Below, in pieces: positions 49,503-52,391 of a stretch of 52,391 nt of DNA (positions are counted from its first letter, which is position 1; every line of letters starts with the position of its first letter). This DNA is from Candidatus Micrarchaeota archaeon (GTDB lineage: Archaea; Micrarchaeota; Micrarchaeia; Norongarragalinales; SBBD01). A program made the position numbers and the translations under genes. A model generated the notes under the pieces. The model was not told the DNA's origin, ran no database searches, and worked only from the letters and a program-made list of their open reading frames with translations. The stretch covers positions 1 to 52,391 of the forward strand of contig JAZDGU010000012.1 in NCBI GenBank assembly GCA_043806595.1. The letters run 5' to 3'.

Positions 49503-51134
49503 ATGGAGGAATACACCGCGGAAGATAAGAAGGTGCTGTCGCAGTTTGTCACCAGCCTCGACTCCGACGTCTTCGCCCTGCGGAACCTCCCCGAGGTCGT
49601 GATGGGCGCGCTTTTCTCGCGCTACAGCAGGAGCCCGAGGAGCCTGCGCAGGATCCTGCTGGACGAGTTCATCAAGGACAAGCAAAGCGGCTTCACCGAC
49701 ATCGTCGGCCGCCGCGAGGGCACGGAGAACCAGATGGTGGCGACGCGGAAGGCCGAAGAGTTCTACGACAGGGTTTTGGTGGGCTACGGCGACGACAGCG
49801 TGGCGGAACTCGGCGGCGCGCATATCGCGGTAGAGAACGTCAGCAACATAGCCACTAAGTTCATCGAGGACGCGCGCCTGGGGATTTCGCCGCTGGAGAA
49901 GAGCACGCGCTACATCTACTTCAACGAGAAGGAAGGCGGCAAGTACCGGTATCTGAGGGAAAGGACGATTATGGAAAGCAGGCACGCAAAGATTTTCGAG
50001 CAGACCTGCGATTTGCTGTTCGACACATACGCGGAATTGATGCCGAAGGTCTCGGAGTGGGCGGAGAAGAAGTTCCCCAAGGAAACCGGGGTCAGCGACC
50101 GCGCATACTCATCGACGATCAGGGCGAAGACGTGCGACATCCTGCGCGGGCTGCTGCCGGCGTCGACGCTGACCAACGTCGGGCTTTTCGGCAACGGCCG
50201 CTCGTTCGAATACCTGCTCCTCAAGATGTACGCCTCGGATTTGGCGGAGGTTAGGGGGACGGCGGCGCTCATGCACGGGGAGCTGCGCAAGGTCATCCCC
50301 TCGTTCGTCAAGCGCGCGGACGATGAGTTCGGCTTGCAGCACCAACAGCACATCAGGCGCACGCGCTCGGCGCTGAGGGAATACGCCCGGACGCTCGGAA
50401 CCGCAAAGGCCGGAACTGCGAATGAAGTAGTCCTGGTGGATTTCGACGCCGGCGCCGAGGAAAAAATCGTTTCCGCATTGCTTTACGCGCAGACCGGCAT
50501 GCCCATGGCTGAAATCAGGGGGAAAGTCAAGGCCACGCCCGCGGAGGAAAGAAGGGGAATCATCGAGGCCTGCTGGAAGAGCCGCGGCAACCGCAGGCAC
50601 AAGCTTCCCCGCGGCTTCGAGAACGCGTATTACACGTTCGACGTGTGCGCAAACTTCGGGTGCTACCGCGACCTGCACCGCCACCGCGTGCTGACGCAGG
50701 AAAGGCAGCTGCTGACGACGCGAAACGGCTACGACATGCCCCCCGAACTGAAGGACGCCGGGCTGGAAAAGAAATTCGTCGAGGCAATGAATTCTGCGAA
50801 GGAAGCCTACGAAAAAATTGCCGTCGAAATGCCTAACGAAGCACAATATGCCGTTCCGCTCGCCTACAAATTGAGATGGTACATTACATTAAACGCCCGC
50901 GAGGCTGCTCACCTGATTGAACTGAGGAGCATGCCGCAGGGGCACGAGGACTACCGGCGCGTCGTCTTGAAGATGCACGGGGAAATCAGGCGCGCGCACC
51001 CGTGGATGGCGGACGCGATGAAGTTCGTGAAGACGGAAGGCATGGCGCTCGGCAGGCTCGAGGCGGAGAAGTCCCAGGATAAACAGATTGACGACGTCGA
51101 GAGGAAGTGGGGGAGGAAGGAAAAAAGCGGTTAG
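49503..51134 (+). CDS. thyX: FAD-dependent thymidylate synthase, tandem two-domain form
   Basis: ALFSRYSRS, GYGDDSVAEL, LEKSTRY, DILRGLLP, RDLHRHR and LIELRS..QGH..YR. Confidence 0.92.
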   Translation: MEEYTAEDKKVLSQFVTSLDSDVFALRNLPEVVMGALFSRYSRSPRSLRRILLDEFIKDKQSGFTDIVGRREGTENQMVATRKAEEFYDRVLVGYGDDSVAELGGAHIAVENVSNIATKFIEDARLGISPLEKSTRYIYFNEKEGGKYRYLRERTIMESRHAKIFEQTCDLLFDTYAELMPKVSEWAEKKFPKETGVSDRAYSSTIRAKTCDILRGLLPASTLTNVGLFGNGRSFEYLLLKMYASDLAEVRGTAALMHGELRKVIPSFVKRADDEFGLQHQQHIRRTRSALREYARTLGTAKAGTANEVVLVDFDAGAEEKIVSALLYAQTGMPMAEIRGKVKATPAEERRGIIEACWKSRGNRRHKLPRGFENAYYTFDVCANFGCYRDLHRHRVLTQERQLLTTRNGYDMPPELKDAGLEKKFVEAMNSAKEAYEKIAVEMPNEAQYAVPLAYKLRWYITLNAREAAHLIELRSMPQGHEDYRRVVLKMHGEIRRAHPWMADAMKFVKTEGMALGRLEAEKSQDKQIDDVERKWGRKEKSG

Positions 51135-51868
51135 ACGAAATCTTCGAGCTTTCCGCCGCCGCGCCTTCGCGCCGCCGGTTCCGGCCTGGTTGCCGGCGGG
51201 TTGTTCCTCGTGGCGACGAAAGTGCAGTACTCGCAGTCGTTGGCAGGCTGCGGCTCCGGGCCCTCGAGCACCTTGACCGCTCGCGCGAGCATGTCCTCGA
51301 CGCGCCTGACGTCGACGGGCATCTTCACGAGCTTGGTGTCGAAGGCGAACTCGCCGGAAGGCAGCACTTTTTCGGGGATGAAGAATAGAAGGTAGGAGTA
51401 GTCCTCGGTGGCGTGACCGTTCTTGCGCAGCAGGAAGTTGTAGCAGTTGAGCTGGTCGGCGTAGTAGTGCGCGGTGTCCGCCTTGAGGGCGTAACCGCGG
51501 GTCTTGAAGTCCAGGACTATTAGCTTTCCCTTGCGCTCGAGCATGGCGTCCACGCCGCCGTGCAGGTAGACGCCCGTGGACTCGTCCGTCCACTCGATGC
51601 CCTTGCGCGCGTCCCTCCACTTCTCCAGCTGGGAAAGGTCCTCGTAGAGCTTGGCGTCCACTCCCTCCTTCCCGAGCTCGGGAGGGAGCTCGCCCTTGAT
51701 GGTGCAGCGGTCGAAGTGGTTCTTCAGTATGCGGTCCACGCCGTTGGGAAGCGAGGGGAATATGCCGCGGGGCCGCGGGAGGCGCTTGACGTTCTCGAGC
51801 CAGAAGCAGCGCTCGCAGTCGTCCAGCAGGTTCAACGCGGTCGGCGAGAGGCGGTATTTGTATGCCAT
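51131..51868 (-). CDS. Standalone PD-(D/E)XK nuclease (Cas4/AddB-like, probable Fe-S cysteines)
   Basis: LSPT.L....C.RCFW, G.VD, LDFKT, QL..Y and C-terminal CEYC. Confidence 0.85.
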   Translation of the reverse strand: MAYKYRLSPTALNLLDDCERCFWLENVKRLPRPRGIFPSLPNGVDRILKNHFDRCTIKGELPPELGKEGVDAKLYEDLSQLEKWRDARKGIEWTDESTGVYLHGGVDAMLERKGKLIVLDFKTRGYALKADTAHYYADQLNCYNFLLRKNGHATEDYSYLLFFIPEKVLPSGEFAFDTKLVKMPVDVRRVEDMLARAVKVLEGPEPQPANDCEYCTFVATRNNPPATRPEPAARRRGGGKLEDFV

Positions 51869-51897
51869 GGCTATAGCAGTTGCTGGCGTTCATGCTG

Positions 51898-52391
51898 TTA
51901 AATGTTGCGCCGGCCGTGTTCCGGTGCGGGATCGGCTGAGCGTCGCATGCGGAAAACGAGGAAAGCGAAGGCGGCAACCGCGATGACTTGCAGGGCGAGA
52001 GTCTCGAGGGAGGGATAGAATCCGAGGTCGCCGATTGCAGGAATGCCGGACAGGGTGGTTTCGGGGATTGTACCCGCCTCCTGAAGCTCGTGCGCGCCCT
52101 TTCCGGCGAATATCACTGCGAGGACGAAGAGCAGGGCGCCGGTGGCAAGAAAGAACTCGCGGACCGGAAGCCTGACGCTGTATTTCACGACCACGAGGAA
52201 CAGCAAGGCGAGAAGGGCGATGCCGGCAATGAGGCCGCCTGCGAGCGATGCCGACGACCCCGGCATGGATAGGAAGAGCGCCTTGTAGAAGAGCACGACC
52301 TCGAAGCCCTCGCGGTATACGGCGAGGAAGGCGACCGCGGATAGCGCCGGTGCGCCTCCCGCGGTGAGCGCGTCGTCGACTTTGCCCTTGA
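51898..52391 (-). CDS. FTR1-family iron permease (3' part; start lies beyond the window)
   Basis: Upstream in-frame VYREGFEVVLFY (REGxE motif), GKGAHELQEAG and LGFYP.LETL. Confidence 0.9.
   Translation of the reverse strand, partial: KGKVDDALTAGGAPALSAVAFLAVYREGFEVVLFYKALFLSMPGSSASLAGGLIAGIALLALLFLVVVKYSVRLPVREFFLATGALLFVLAVIFAGKGAHELQEAGTIPETTLSGIPAIGDLGFYPSLETLALQVIAVAAFAFLVFRMRRSADPAPEHGRRNI

Noticed and set aside
51131..51868. CRISPR-Cas locus around the Cas4-like nuclease
   Set aside because: No repeat-spacer array or other cas gene is seen, so it is treated as a stand-alone nuclease.

Overview
GC-rich archaeal chromosome segment, most likely DPANN and Micrarchaeota-like. This is an inference from the archaeal RNA polymerase operon, a BHB-intron tRNA-Gln, a double-domain ThyX and giant membrane-anchored surface proteins. 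Core genes include rpoH-rpoB''-rpoB'-rpoA, where A' and A'' are fused and there is one LAGLIDADG intein each in rpoB'' and rpoA. Others are purA-purC-purE, thyX, a LonB-type ATPase without a protease domain, DsbA, DedA, TauE, FTR1, a ferredoxin and two ACT proteins. Accessory content comprises two giant (2.8k and 3.1k aa) surface proteins with a shared N-terminal anchor and compositionally foreign tips, a truncated 2k-aa RHS/YD protein, a peptidase-C25-like pseudoenzyme and a beta-barrel-like secreted ORF. There is also a 134-bp MITE with a 9-bp target duplication and a VapBC islet bracketed by a diverged duplicate of the rpoA 3' end. The most striking observations are a remodelled RNA polymerase (Pro in the bridge helix, E-to-N at the metal-B site, foot deleted by A'/A'' fusion), the rpoA-3'-end-replacing TA islet and the modular giant surface-protein set. 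All family calls come from motif recognition; no searches were run.
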